A stretch of DNA of 64,000 nucleotides, from IMG/VR virus record IMGVR_UViG_3300036715_000468. One strand, 5' to 3'. The notes under the pieces were generated by a model. That model saw nothing but the letters and a program-made list of their open reading frames with translations, searched no databases and was not told the DNA's origin. The first letter of the stretch is position 1, and each line of letters begins with the position of its first letter. This DNA comes from a virus. A program made the translations under genes and the position numbers. This document shows positions 8,192-18,041 of this stretch, one piece after another.

Positions 8192-9244
8192 TTAATATTT
8201 CGATTTTAACATAGGCATAAAATCTGCCAAAGTATTTCCAATTTTTGTTAATTGCCATCTACCACAAAATTTCGAAAAGCCAAACCCAATATCAGCTGCT
8301 GGGACAGACTTGACACCTGTCGTCTCTGCAATAGTTACAAGGCATCCAATTTTTATATCCTCGGGAATCTTATCGAGCCTGATAAGTGACTCATTAAAAT
8401 TAAAATCATCGCGGACTGTGTGTTGTGTACCATCGTGGTGTGTAAATTTACACATCATAAAGTTATTCCAATTATAGCCCTTATTATCCCTGTCGGCGTA
8501 TGCCTCGCGTATTCCTATAGATTTCTTAGTGCCCTTCTCACGGACACCCGGATACGAACTAAAGATATTATCTGTCTTGTCGCCTCGTACACACTTTAGA
8601 AATAGTGCATAATTATACCACTCCGGTTCGCATACAAAATGCGGATCTTTGCCACCAGCTTTAATTTTAGCATCTGACGTAAGAACAAATGATAGGCGAT
8701 TGCCATAGTCGTCATATACACCGTCTTGTTTAATCTGTATGTCTTTGACTGGGTCGTATAGCATTACATTAGGAAATGCTAGAAGTTGGAAAAAATCTGA
8801 ATCTGAGCTAATAAGTATATGGTCATCATCAGGATGTGCTTCGATGAATACTGCTATAAGATCGTCTGCTTCTGCATTTGCATTTTGTAACACAGTAACA
8901 TTCGTCTTCTCAGCTAAGTAATTTACTAGATCATCGAATGCCTCAACCAGGATTCCATGATCTTCTTGTTCTTTAAGAGTTTGTTCTGCAAATTTTAATT
9001 TACGATCACCTTTGTAATCGGGATAGACGCCTTTGCGCCATGACCGGCCTTCCATGTGAAATACAACATGTGTACCATTCCATTTTAGGTACTCTTTCTT
9101 CATGCTCTGCAAAATCATATGTAATGCCATGCCAATTGCTGAGTCGATACCCAATGCAGGATTCACCATCTTGATTTGTCTATAAAACAAATTTGATCCA
9201 TCTGTATGAATGAATGTTCGTCGTTTATTAGGGATAAGTGTCAT
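8192..9244 (-). CDS. rnh: RNase H / flap endonuclease (T4 rnh-like 5'-3' exonuclease)
   Basis: N-terminal HTDGSNLFYR and an acidic cluster LISSDSDFFQL, typical of the FEN / T4 RNase H family. Confidence 0.75.
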   Translation of the reverse strand: MTLIPNKRRTFIHTDGSNLFYRQIKMVNPALGIDSAIGMALHMILQSMKKEYLKWNGTHVVFHMEGRSWRKGVYPDYKGDRKLKFAEQTLKEQEDHGILVEAFDDLVNYLAEKTNVTVLQNANAEADDLIAVFIEAHPDDDHILISSDSDFFQLLAFPNVMLYDPVKDIQIKQDGVYDDYGNRLSFVLTSDAKIKAGGKDPHFVCEPEWYNYALFLKCVRGDKTDNIFSSYPGVREKGTKKSIGIREAYADRDNKGYNWNNFMMCKFTHHDGTQHTVRDDFNFNESLIRLDKIPEDIKIGCLVTIAETTGVKSVPAADIGFGFSKFCGRWQLTKIGNTLADFMPMLKSKY

Positions 9245-9309
9245 ATACTATTATACTATGTCTGAATGGGTTTGTCTATAGGTGCGGTTGTGTAAATTTA
9301 TAATGTCGT

Positions 9310-9567
9310 TTACACTTTGGGCAAGCGGCGTTTAGAGTCGATTAAATTACACATGGCTGTATATTCAGCAGGATGTGATCGCCAATATACGACATAGGAT
9401 TCCAAAGGACGATTATAGAAATGGTTAAAAAGGATTCCTTGCCTGCAAGGTTGAATATCGTGCAAGATGTTGCCCGGACACGGGTAGTAATGGTAGATGA
9501 GCTTTTCACGCGGAGTGAGTTTCATTCCGCCGAGACGTTTTTTCATCGCATAATATGAATCCCGCAT
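9310..9567 (-). CDS. hypothetical protein
   Basis: 85-aa ORF. Confidence 0.35.
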   Translation of the reverse strand: MRDSYYAMKKRLGGMKLTPREKLIYHYYPCPGNILHDIQPCRQGILFNHFYNRPLESYVVYWRSHPAEYTAMCNLIDSKRRLPKV

Positions 9568-10211
9568 TATTTGTAACCTTTTCGACCATTTGCTAAGGGA
9601 GTCGTATCGGCGCTCCAGCGTTTCACTGCATCCAGATTGGCTTCCGAGTCAGCAGTGAAATCCCCTGTGCCGTCGAATTCTTCCATGGCAACGTTTCTGC
9701 AAACTTCCATAAACCAAGTATTCACAATAACATCGGGTGTTACACCTGCGTAACCTTCTGCTCGTAGCTTGTCAACAAATTGTTCATTCCAATCAAGTTC
9801 GAAGCTACCTTCTAATGCACTCTTACCACCAAAGTCCATGCTAATAACAGTAACCCACGGCTCGCCACTCATTGTTGCAGATTGCTTGGCATATTCGATT
9901 TCAGTAAGCTTACCTTCGCGTTGATCTAATTCTAGATTAGCAAGTGCTCGTTGCTTCTCGTCCTTAATCAATGTTGCAAGTATACGCTGATATTGTGCTT
10001 GTGTAACCTTACTATATTTTAAGTCCAATTCTGCATACTTGCGTGTCATTTCATCGGCCGAGAAATCGCCGTTCTTAATTTGCAGTAATTTCTGTTCGAG
10101 CTCGAACCCGGTGAGCTCATATTCTGCTTTTGCTATTTCTTTTGTTTTTCCTGCTAATCCCCAGGAGCCGGGCATTAGTGAGAATGGTAATTTAAACATA
10201 TTCTTTTCCAT
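9567..10211 (-). CDS. hypothetical protein
   Basis: 214-aa ORF with a coiled-coil-like centre. Confidence 0.45.
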   Translation of the reverse strand: MEKNMFKLPFSLMPGSWGLAGKTKEIAKAEYELTGFELEQKLLQIKNGDFSADEMTRKYAELDLKYSKVTQAQYQRILATLIKDEKQRALANLELDQREGKLTEIEYAKQSATMSGEPWVTVISMDFGGKSALEGSFELDWNEQFVDKLRAEGYAGVTPDVIVNTWFMEVCRNVAMEEFDGTGDFTADSEANLDAVKRWSADTTPLANGRKGYK

Positions 10212-10425
10212 TTTTTAATGTAAATGCAAGACAATCTTCTTGCGTCTCAAATACAAGCACAATAACTGATTTGAGATTTTCGTATATAACATCTATTTCA
10301 GTTCCGGGATAATCTTTAGTAATCTCAGATAAAGTTTTAGCATTGTTATTTAGGAAACCTAATCTGGTTCGGTAAATCCTGTGTGTGAATTCTGCAGGAT
10401 ATTTCATCTGATATTTCTGCACCAC
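10192..10425 (-). CDS. small protein, member of the C-terminal F-x-F-E-D...A-x-x-F-K-L-K motif family
   Basis: C-terminus ...VFETQEDCLAFTLKNGKEYV. Confidence 0.4.
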   Translation of the reverse strand: MVQKYQMKYPAEFTHRIYRTRLGFLNNNAKTLSEITKDYPGTEIDVIYENLKSVIVLVFETQEDCLAFTLKNGKEYV

Positions 10426-10625
10426 TTTAATTTTACAACTAACGCATCTTCGGCGTTTTCGAAGTATGCGTTGTTATCCCAGTAGCCGCCGAACGAAAAC
10501 CTGCCGTCCGTACCGTTATTTTGACACCAACGTTTTATTGTGTCACTGTGCCCGGATATAGGAACTGCTGTCCATGCCTTTTGTGCTCGTTTTTTGTTTG
10601 TGCAGTGTTTCATACTTCGACCCAA
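10404..10625 (-). CDS. small protein, member of the same C-terminal motif family
   Basis: C-terminus ...YFENAEDALVVKLKWCRNIR. Confidence 0.45.
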   Translation of the reverse strand: MGRSMKHCTNKKRAQKAWTAVPISGHSDTIKRWCQNNGTDGRFSFGGYWDNNAYFENAEDALVVKLKWCRNIR

Positions 10626-10849
10626 GTTTCTGTCGTAATCGTCCTATTGCTTAACCGTTCGACAGTGACATGTGTATATCGCCATTTCGTTGTCGAGTCG
10701 TTTAATGCTACTTGTTTCTTTTGTGCATATTCGATTGCTTCTACTTCGCTAGTAAATCGCAGCGGATTCTCTTTAGTACCGCCGGATCCAAACCAGCTAG
10801 AACCATTTGACCAACCTGTATTTTCTACGATCCACCACTGTTGTTTCAT
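10610..10849 (-). CDS. hypothetical protein
   Basis: 79-aa ORF. Confidence 0.35.
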   Translation of the reverse strand: MKQQWWIVENTGWSNGSSWFGSGGTKENPLRFTSEVEAIEYAQKKQVALNDSTTKWRYTHVTVERLSNRTITTETWVEV

Positions 10850-10967
10850 TTTGTTATCCTATACCCTATTGTCCATAAATCAATTCTTACGAACCAATTC
10901 CCTTCATTCTTACCAAAACCGAATCGTAACATACGGTTATTTATGTCCAGTTCGATCTTAGTTAATG

Positions 10968-11849
10968 TCACGATAAACCTGCATATAAATGCATTTGTAA
11001 GTTTAATTTGAATCCGTAGTCCATGCAGTAACGAGCAGTAAATTTATGATTCTTTTCATTTGCCGCTAAATTTAACACACCTGGTTCCCAGAAATCAATA
11101 ACTTCATCAACAGTGCTACGTTCTGCCATTGTAATTGTGCCTTTTTCGGCGCGGATTAATTTAATAGTTTGTGGTAAGTCATTATAGATATTCATTGGGC
11201 TACAATAAATATCCTTCCCTGTGCGTTCTTTCCATTCGTGCGCCCATTGTGGCACTTGATTATATGGAGACCCTTCGTCGACGCTCATCACAAATTTAAG
11301 ACAGTCTGCGCGATCTAAAATAGTCTTGCTCGGTGCTAGATACTTAACAGCTACACCGTTTTTCTCTGCACATTTCGGCGAACAAACTAAGGTAACACCT
11401 TCGGGTACTAGTGTATCCGGTGTACCGTTACTTTCGACCTGAACTGCTTTAAATGTTGCTAATTGCTTAGTCATAAATGCACTAATATTATCTTGTAACA
11501 ATGGTTCCCCGCCGGTCATCACTAATACGATATTTGGATATTTAATCGAATTAGATCCGTTAGGTAATGCCCACATTGGAACCGTCTTACCTTTATCATT
11601 CCAATAATCACATATTGTGTGATACATTTTAGATTCGATTTCGTCAAAGGTTAACCAATCACCATCATCAAAGAATGTATCACAGAATGAACAATCTAAG
11701 TTGCACTTAGCTAAACGGATGAACAAAGCCGGCATGCCGGAATAAGGACCTTCGCCCTGGAGTGTAAAGAACATGCTTGTTACAAACAAACTATCTTTAG
11801 GTGCATCCTTAAAAAACTTCTTCCCAACAATTTCATTAGTTCCAAACAT
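10968..11849 (-). CDS. queE: radical-SAM 7-carboxy-7-deazaguanine synthase (QueE-like) with a C-terminal extension
   Basis: FFTLQGEGPYSGMPALFIRLAKCNLDCSFCDT: the QueE-specific TLQGEG box followed by the CxxxCxxC radical-SAM cluster. Confidence 0.8.
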   Translation of the reverse strand: MFGTNEIVGKKFFKDAPKDSLFVTSMFFTLQGEGPYSGMPALFIRLAKCNLDCSFCDTFFDDGDWLTFDEIESKMYHTICDYWNDKGKTVPMWALPNGSNSIKYPNIVLVMTGGEPLLQDNISAFMTKQLATFKAVQVESNGTPDTLVPEGVTLVCSPKCAEKNGVAVKYLAPSKTILDRADCLKFVMSVDEGSPYNQVPQWAHEWKERTGKDIYCSPMNIYNDLPQTIKLIRAEKGTITMAERSTVDEVIDFWEPGVLNLAANEKNHKFTARYCMDYGFKLNLQMHLYAGLS

Positions 11850-11912
11850 GATTTATTTTCCTTAATATACGTAAGTATAGCACATTGCTTATAGTTAAGC
11901 AACTATCTATAA

Positions 11913-12209
11913 TTATTTCTTTAATCGTTGATCCCATGTATGCATATACTTCGACAGACGTGTAAATTTATCTGCTTTAGCAGTTTCTATGCCTTCCCAA
12001 GTTAATCCGAAACCCGAATTTACAACAAGCTCGAGCATTGCTAAGACATCTCCGATTTCGGATTCTAAGTGATGTAAATTAGTCTTACCGTCTACTCTTT
12101 TTCCTATCAATCCGAATCGCTTAATCTTCGATGCATCCTGTATTATTTCTGCACATTCTTCTTGTAAAATATTAAGACATTCTTCCTGGTGTTCATTTAT
12201 GTGTTTCAT
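11913..12209 (-). CDS. mazG: MazG-like nucleoside triphosphate pyrophosphohydrolase
   Basis: EECAEIIQ ... ESEIGDVLAML, the all-alpha NTP pyrophosphatase EExxE/D motifs; 98 aa. Confidence 0.65.
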   Translation of the reverse strand: MKHINEHQEECLNILQEECAEIIQDASKIKRFGLIGKRVDGKTNLHHLESEIGDVLAMLELVVNSGFGLTWEGIETAKADKFTRLSKYMHTWDQRLKK

Positions 12210-12519
12210 CTGGGCCTTTAGTGCTTACAAGTTTTTCTATTATTTTATATGCGTCATATGCTTCTTGCAATGCCGGATATTTTTCCTGCATGGTTTCATT
12301 TGGTTGTAAGATTGCTAACCGTTTCTCTAATGCCTCAACCCTTGCTGTAAGTTTATCATATTCAGCGTTAGTTGGATATGACGTCCATGTTGCACCACTC
12401 GTACTGATGCCTGTTACATATTGTGATGTTGCTGCTGCTGATGGATAAACTGTTGTCATTGTATTAGTCACTGTTGCCATATTAATAGGATGGCCGCCCG
12501 TAGAATTCATATTACTCAT
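12193..12519 (-). CDS. hypothetical protein
   Basis: 108 aa, Thr/Ser-rich N-terminus. Confidence 0.4.
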   Translation of the reverse strand: MSNMNSTGGHPINMATVTNTMTTVYPSAAATSQYVTGISTSGATWTSYPTNAEYDKLTARVEALEKRLAILQPNETMQEKYPALQEAYDAYKIIEKLVSTKGPDETHK

Positions 12520-12808
12520 TTGGAAATTTTATCCTAAAAATTAATGCATCGTCTGGATCTTCGAATCCATAAAATACTGATTTTAAATCGTAACATCCTG
12601 ATTGGAAATCTCCATCGTATTTTATGTCGACCGAACCGTTACTGTGAAAATCTATCCAGTTTACCATCTCTGAATAATTTTCGTTGTACCTGTATTCGAG
12701 AATAGTTTTATATTTACTATCGAATACAGGTTGTTGTATTACTATTTCGGCCACTGGCACTTTTTTAGTGAATAACTGTTGTCGGAGTGTATGTAAGAGT
12801 TGCACCAT
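12512..12808 (-). CDS. small protein, member of the C-terminal motif family
   Basis: C-terminus ...FYGFEDPDDALIFRIKFPNE. Confidence 0.45.
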   Translation of the reverse strand: MVQLLHTLRQQLFTKKVPVAEIVIQQPVFDSKYKTILEYRYNENYSEMVNWIDFHSNGSVDIKYDGDFQSGCYDLKSVFYGFEDPDDALIFRIKFPNE

Positions 12809-13133
12809 TTTCAGAATCCTCGCTCACCTCTACCGATATTGCTCGACCTGCATATTTACTAGAAATATAATTGATCAAGTCTTCTGCAAGCATTTCACAG
12901 CTCATATAATCTATTTCAAGAATTGCTTCTTTATACAGACCCTCAAGTTCGCGCTTGAATAAGATAAACTCGATGTCTCTATCATTATGGAATACTTCGG
13001 TTGTTACACGGAAGTGAAACATATGTCTATGTGGGCTACGTAAGAATTCTACCCCTGTCGGAGCATCGGGATAACAGTGTATACCTTCCTTCATAAATGT
13101 TACAAATATTGTTCGTTTCATATTATTTTCCAT
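12765..13133 (-). CDS. possible 6-carboxytetrahydropterin synthase (QueD / PTPS-like T-fold protein)
   Basis: size of ~120 aa and an H-C...H-R-H-M-F pattern resemble the QueD zinc site; lies two genes from queE; the match is weak. Confidence 0.4.
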   Translation of the reverse strand: MENNMKRTIFVTFMKEGIHCYPDAPTGVEFLRSPHRHMFHFRVTTEVFHNDRDIEFILFKRELEGLYKEAILEIDYMSCEMLAEDLINYISSKYAGRAISVEVSEDSENGATLTYTPTTVIH

Positions 13134-13518
13134 TAATTATGTCTATTGTTTTAATAGAAGCCAGATACGGGTCATCGTATCTAATCTCTGCCTCCGCATA
13201 GACAGGTTTCCATGCTAGTGAATAAAACATGGAATAGTGCCTGTTCTTTCCAATTTTTCTAATTCGGAAAAGTAGTTTGGGACGACACATGCCTTCTCTT
13301 TCTTCGTATGTTACTGCAGAGAGAAATTTGCGCATTCGTGTAAGTGGTAGATTAAAAAGTAAATACCACCCGTCGGATACGTGATCGTGATCTAATGCAG
13401 TGCCGTCGGGTAGTCTTTCTATAATACATGTTGATTTAAAACATTCTCCAAAAACAGTAAGGTACGAGTCTTCAAACGCATCTCCTTGTTGTCTTGGTGT
13501 ATTTTTAAATAATTTCAT
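13123..13518 (-). CDS. hypothetical protein
   Basis: 131-aa ORF. Confidence 0.4.
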   Translation of the reverse strand: MKLFKNTPRQQGDAFEDSYLTVFGECFKSTCIIERLPDGTALDHDHVSDGWYLLFNLPLTRMRKFLSAVTYEEREGMCRPKLLFRIRKIGKNRHYSMFYSLAWKPVYAEAEIRYDDPYLASIKTIDIINGK

Positions 13519-13519
13519 A

Positions 13520-13705
13520 TTACTCCTTATCTACATAGCTGACTAATTTAATACTGGAGTTTGATTCGTCAAAACCTTCCGAACGGATCAATGACGATAC
13601 GTATTCGAGAACTTCATCACACCCAGTTTTACCTTCAGCTGTAGATTCTTCCCAGAATTCATCGCCGCCTTCATGTATAACTACTTCGAATACGTATTTT
13701 TTCAT
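13520..13705 (-). CDS. hypothetical protein
   Basis: 61-aa acidic ORF. Confidence 0.3.
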   Translation of the reverse strand: MKKYVFEVVIHEGGDEFWEESTAEGKTGCDEVLEYVSSLIRSEGFDESNSSIKLVSYVDKE

Positions 13706-14589
13706 TTTTTAGTCCTAGCTTTCTGTATAAGTTCTTTAGTTGACAATGGATCCTTTGTTGTTCCCGCTGTATATGCATCAGCAGTCTTTTCTGGCGATAC
13801 CATTGTTGGAATAATAGATTCTAAAGTTCCTTGTGTATCAGGCTTCAGTGATGTTTTAGTCGTAGTGTCAAGACCTAAGGTTCCGTCATTTAACACTGCA
13901 TCTACATCAAATGTTTTATTACTACCTGGAACAACTGCTGCTTCCACGGCTGCTTTAATTAGCTCGACTGCTTCTTTAGGTGAATTATTACCTAAGTCCA
14001 TATATACAATTTTGCGCTCTGGTTCTACAACCGAAGTACCTTCGATAATCATGTCATCGCCGTATTCTGCCCATCCGGTAAATCGGTTACTATCTGTAAC
14101 TTCTGCATGATTCATACACCATACGCCTGGATTAGTGGCAGCGAAATTGATATCATCAATCTTAATTGTTAAATTAGGACTAGATGTGTTCACATGTGGG
14201 ACCGGTACACTAAGGATAGGTACGAAGTTTCTACACTGCCATATACCCTTGTTAAGTATCTCTAATACCATAACATGTTTGTGTGCTGGATAATCAATCG
14301 ATACCATATAGCTCATATCGAGTAATGCCTGGATTTGTTTTTCCCAGTCGCTTGCTAATGTGTTACCTACCATGTACACACCATTTACTTTATCGACTGA
14401 ATCGAATGAACGATTTGCACTTAAAAAGATATGCTTACAGTTATGTTCTTTTGCATATTTAACTATTGTATCAGTATCTTGTAAGCCGACAACGAATAAT
14501 GTCTTCTTACCGAATGCAGTTGTTTGCTCAATCTCTGGTCCGACGAAAAATGTTGCGCCTTCATGACCTTTTCTTACGAATTGTTCCAT
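13702..14589 (-). CDS. hypothetical protein of the modification island (Rossmann-like N-terminus, Thr/Lys-rich tail)
   Basis: 295 aa; N-terminal GATFFVGPE...KKTLFVVG; 4-nt overlap with the upstream glycosyltransferase gene. Confidence 0.45.
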   Translation of the reverse strand: MEQFVRKGHEGATFFVGPEIEQTTAFGKKTLFVVGLQDTDTIVKYAKEHNCKHIFLSANRSFDSVDKVNGVYMVGNTLASDWEKQIQALLDMSYMVSIDYPAHKHVMVLEILNKGIWQCRNFVPILSVPVPHVNTSSPNLTIKIDDINFAATNPGVWCMNHAEVTDSNRFTGWAEYGDDMIIEGTSVVEPERKIVYMDLGNNSPKEAVELIKAAVEAAVVPGSNKTFDVDAVLNDGTLGLDTTTKTSLKPDTQGTLESIIPTMVSPEKTADAYTAGTTKDPLSTKELIQKARTKK

Positions 14590-14590
14590 T

Positions 14591-15682
14591 TTAATTCCTT
14601 ATTAAATTGTTTATTAAATCTGTTGCTGTAGAATATTTTTTTAGACGAGTCATATGTTCTTCTAATTTTATTCTGTATGTATCATAGTGTGACATTACAT
14701 CTATAATTTTATCGATAATATCTTGTTTATGAATTTTATATAAATCAAATGTTTCAGTCCACTCCGACGGATATAAAAAATCTGTGTTGTCAAACATTTC
14801 CGAATAACTTAGTCTTTCCGGAATAAGTGGGATGGTACCCAAAACAGGTCCTTCGATTCCGGTCGAGATTCCATAAGTCTCTTGTTTACTAGCACTAAAT
14901 ACCATTTTAGATTCGCCTAAAAGTGTATGATATTCGTGCTTACTAAGCTGGTTATCCTGGCACACAACAAACTCGTATTGTGGTAACGATAATGCAAGGT
15001 CTCTGAAGATTTCCACTTGTTTCTCTGGTGCAATTCTATGTGGAAACAATATAAGATCACGCTTTACTAAATTTTTATATGGAGCTAGTGTATCTTCCAT
15101 ATATTCCATTGGCCACCCCGTCCGTATAATTTTGCCATTATCGAGCCAATCTTCGACGCACGATCCGTTCGAATTTAATAAATTCCAACAGAACATATTG
15201 ATGTGAAAATCTGTAGCAAAATAGTTGTGATCTAATGCATGGAATATAGCTTTTTCGGTGTGTTTTACCCAATCTTTATTGCCAATCAACCTACCTAGGA
15301 AATCATGGCTATCCCAACTACCTGCGTGAAATAGTCCATGGAATTTCCAATTAAGGTTTAACAAATCCGACATATATCTAAGCTGTATGATAATAGGATT
15401 CCATGCATCTGTAAATAGAAATTGATCATTAATCGTAGTTTCACCACGATTATAATAATCTAGAAAATTACATAACTGTGAACTTTTCCAATAATTCGTA
15501 TCAGAAAAATTCAGAAACGCGCCAGGGGTCACTATCGTATTTTTCTGTATACCGTCGATCTGTATTACGTTAGTCTGCGTGTCAACCGCAGACCTTAGTA
15601 GTTCGGGTATATGTTCGTGCCATTGAGCAGTATATCTCGTTTCTAGTGGTTCGATAGAAAATACCCATATTGTTTGTTTCAT
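14591..15682 (-). CDS. GT-B fold glycosyltransferase (GT1/GT4-like)
   Basis: C-terminal KQETYGISTGIEGPVLGTIPLIPE fits the E-x7-E donor-binding motif of retaining GT-B enzymes. Confidence 0.5.
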   Translation of the reverse strand: MKQTIWVFSIEPLETRYTAQWHEHIPELLRSAVDTQTNVIQIDGIQKNTIVTPGAFLNFSDTNYWKSSQLCNFLDYYNRGETTINDQFLFTDAWNPIIIQLRYMSDLLNLNWKFHGLFHAGSWDSHDFLGRLIGNKDWVKHTEKAIFHALDHNYFATDFHINMFCWNLLNSNGSCVEDWLDNGKIIRTGWPMEYMEDTLAPYKNLVKRDLILFPHRIAPEKQVEIFRDLALSLPQYEFVVCQDNQLSKHEYHTLLGESKMVFSASKQETYGISTGIEGPVLGTIPLIPERLSYSEMFDNTDFLYPSEWTETFDLYKIHKQDIIDKIIDVMSHYDTYRIKLEEHMTRLKKYSTATDLINNLIRN

Positions 15683-16605
15683 TAAGAATAAGCCTCCGTG
15701 CCATAATTGATATATCCTCTTCCGTAACCCGGTGCTCTGTGCAGCCCTTCTGAAAACGCTAACTCTACTTCTGTTTCCCTATCGTAAGACTTACACCAGA
15801 GTGTGCTAACATCGATTAATCCGTCCTGAATCATCGATACAGCTTCTTCCATATAACTATAGAAATGCTCGTTACGTGGACTAGGAAACTTAATATTAGT
15901 AGCATTCCATAAAAATTGTCCAAATGTAATATTTGCAGCAGGGTGTTTTTCAGCAGCAAGTATAATAGTAGCACGTTCCGCATACAAGTTCAAGTCTAGA
16001 TACTCTGGTTTCTCTGAAATATCTATTACGTATTTGAATTTCTTACCCGCTACTTCCTCTACCGAAACCAATTTAGCATTAGTCTGTTTATTCCAAAATT
16101 CTTTATTAGAATTACCTACAACAGTTACTTGAGCAGGTTGGTGCGTATTCATGTTACTCAAATAAGTATAAACAACTGTGGATAAGAATCCAGAACCCAT
16201 AATTAGTATTTCTTCGCCAGCCCAAAATCTTAGTGAGTTTGCAATATTGATAGCACATGCAACTGGTTCGATAATGTATTTAGGCAATAGTTCGGGAATC
16301 TTTACAAACATGCGGTCCGGACAATTATAGTAATCGGCAAATGCTGGCTCGCCACGTGTGGCAACAAAATCACCCTCCTTAATATTTCTGATACTATTAC
16401 CTACTTTAGTAACTATACCGACACTTTCGTGACCTTGTATAGTTTTAGGCAATAACTGAAATGTTCCACAATACATATCGATATCGGATCGACACATGCC
16501 TGTAAAGACAGACTTTACTTCGATTTCGTTTGATGTAATTTCGGGCTTGTCCCACTCTTCGTGGATTATGTCCTGTTTACCTGTTGTATAAAATAGTCTA
16601 GTCAT
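15682..16605 (-). CDS. zinc-dependent medium-chain dehydrogenase (MDR/ADH superfamily)
   Basis: GMCRSDIDMYCG plus GHESVGIV (structural and catalytic Zn motifs) and GSGFLSTV (Rossmann). Confidence 0.7.
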   Translation of the reverse strand: MTRLFYTTGKQDIIHEEWDKPEITSNEIEVKSVFTGMCRSDIDMYCGTFQLLPKTIQGHESVGIVTKVGNSIRNIKEGDFVATRGEPAFADYYNCPDRMFVKIPELLPKYIIEPVACAINIANSLRFWAGEEILIMGSGFLSTVVYTYLSNMNTHQPAQVTVVGNSNKEFWNKQTNAKLVSVEEVAGKKFKYVIDISEKPEYLDLNLYAERATIILAAEKHPAANITFGQFLWNATNIKFPSPRNEHFYSYMEEAVSMIQDGLIDVSTLWCKSYDRETEVELAFSEGLHRAPGYGRGYINYGTEAYS

Positions 16606-17464
16606 CGAATGCCTCTAAGAATTCATGGATCTGAACATCCATGTCGTATGTATTTGTTGTATCTTGTAACATAACACCGTATGCTGCGGCTGGACATAAT
16701 CCAAAATTCCATTCGTATGTTGTGCCGTCTCTGAAAAATAGTGTAATAGATTGCTTATCGTATCCTTCTTTCCATGATGCAGATAACTTTAATGTTACAT
16801 TTCCAATCGTAGTTGCTGCAATTGCAGTATCGTCTACATTATATGTGCCTGTCGGATATACTGATCCATAATCAGTAGAGGAGATACTACCTAGGTTCCA
16901 GCGTTGATAAGCAGCTTGTTCGAATTTTGCTGACTTAAGAGCTTCGGTGCCAAATAGTTTAAGTGCAAAACAATATAGGTGTGGCATTAAGTCTCTCGAT
17001 ATTCCGCCAAATGCAAATTGTTTATGTGTAAACCAGCTACCTGGATTCGGGATACGGTTACCGTTCAGCCAGTTGATGTCTACACCGATAACTTCTTTCT
17101 CTTGTATTAATCTGAATATGTCACCGTAATTATCACGATACATATTATTCTTAACCATATGGAATTGTGTATCACTATATGTTGTGCATAGATCTTTCCA
17201 ACCGAATGAATCTTCCAGACCCGGCTTCTCTACGAAAATACGCTTTGTGCCCGTAGCTGCTAATCCTTCTGCAATCTTACTATGTGTAAAATTTGGAGTG
17301 CAAATTACAGCTATGTCGAATGGTGTTGTTATTTGAGATACATCCCTGTAATTTGCATTAGGTGTTGCAGCATCTAAAATAGATACTTCATATCCTAACT
17401 TATTTAATTCCGGCCAATACACATTGGCGCCAATTCCGCCGAACCCGGCTAATAATGCTTTCAT
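16598..17464 (-). CDS. Gfo/Idh/MocA-family NAD(P)-dependent oxidoreductase
   Basis: N-terminal GFGGIG Rossmann motif and the family-typical EKP motif (FVEKPGL). Confidence 0.65.
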   Translation of the reverse strand: MKALLAGFGGIGANVYWPELNKLGYEVSILDAATPNANYRDVSQITTPFDIAVICTPNFTHSKIAEGLAATGTKRIFVEKPGLEDSFGWKDLCTTYSDTQFHMVKNNMYRDNYGDIFRLIQEKEVIGVDINWLNGNRIPNPGSWFTHKQFAFGGISRDLMPHLYCFALKLFGTEALKSAKFEQAAYQRWNLGSISSTDYGSVYPTGTYNVDDTAIAATTIGNVTLKLSASWKEGYDKQSITLFFRDGTTYEWNFGLCPAAAYGVMLQDTTNTYDMDVQIHEFLEAFDD

Positions 17465-17473
17465 TGTTTTCCT

Positions 17474-17722
17474 TTAATGTTTTAATACATATGCAAGGGC
17501 ATCTTCGCCCGATAACAATACTGTGTCGTGTGGATACACAAGCCATCCATCGCCACGTTTGTCGTGTATCGATAAGACTCTCATTTGTTTTGGAGTCATC
17601 TTTCGAATAGAACAAACTACCATAGCATTATGCCTTGCAATTGCTACATAGTTACCGAGTGCTAACTCGTGTCCTAATATATCTTTGTGTTCAGGGAGTA
17701 TTTTTGGTTTTTTTGTCGGCAT
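17474..17722 (-). CDS. hypothetical protein
   Basis: 82-aa ORF. Confidence 0.35.
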   Translation of the reverse strand: MPTKKPKILPEHKDILGHELALGNYVAIARHNAMVVCSIRKMTPKQMRVLSIHDKRGDGWLVYPHDTVLLSGEDALAYVLKH

Positions 17723-18041
17723 CTATTCTTAGTTCTCGTATAATCATTGCATCAATTTCAGCAGTAATCTGTGTTGCGAGTTTATCACAAATTTCATCTT
17801 CTAAACTATCATATTTCGATTTGGGTGGCGCTGATAATCTTTTGATGATTTCGTCGGCTTCCTCATCTTTAGTTAATCTAACATTTCTTACATATGGCAT
17901 ATGTATCAGGGCCTCGCCTACTGACCAATTTGCTGATAACTTTCGTGACATGGCCACGACTTCAGTTTTCTCTATCCTGATATTCATCAGCTTTGTTTTT
18001 AACCGACGAATTATTTCATCGCCCTCTTCGTCATGCGTCAT
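17691..18041 (-). CDS. hypothetical protein with an internal duplication
   Basis: two ~50-aa repeats each starting DEEGDEIIRRLKTK / DEEADEIIKRLSAP. Confidence 0.45.
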   Translation of the reverse strand: MTHDEEGDEIIRRLKTKLMNIRIEKTEVVAMSRKLSANWSVGEALIHMPYVRNVRLTKDEEADEIIKRLSAPPKSKYDSLEDEICDKLATQITAEIDAMIIRELRIDADKKTKNTP

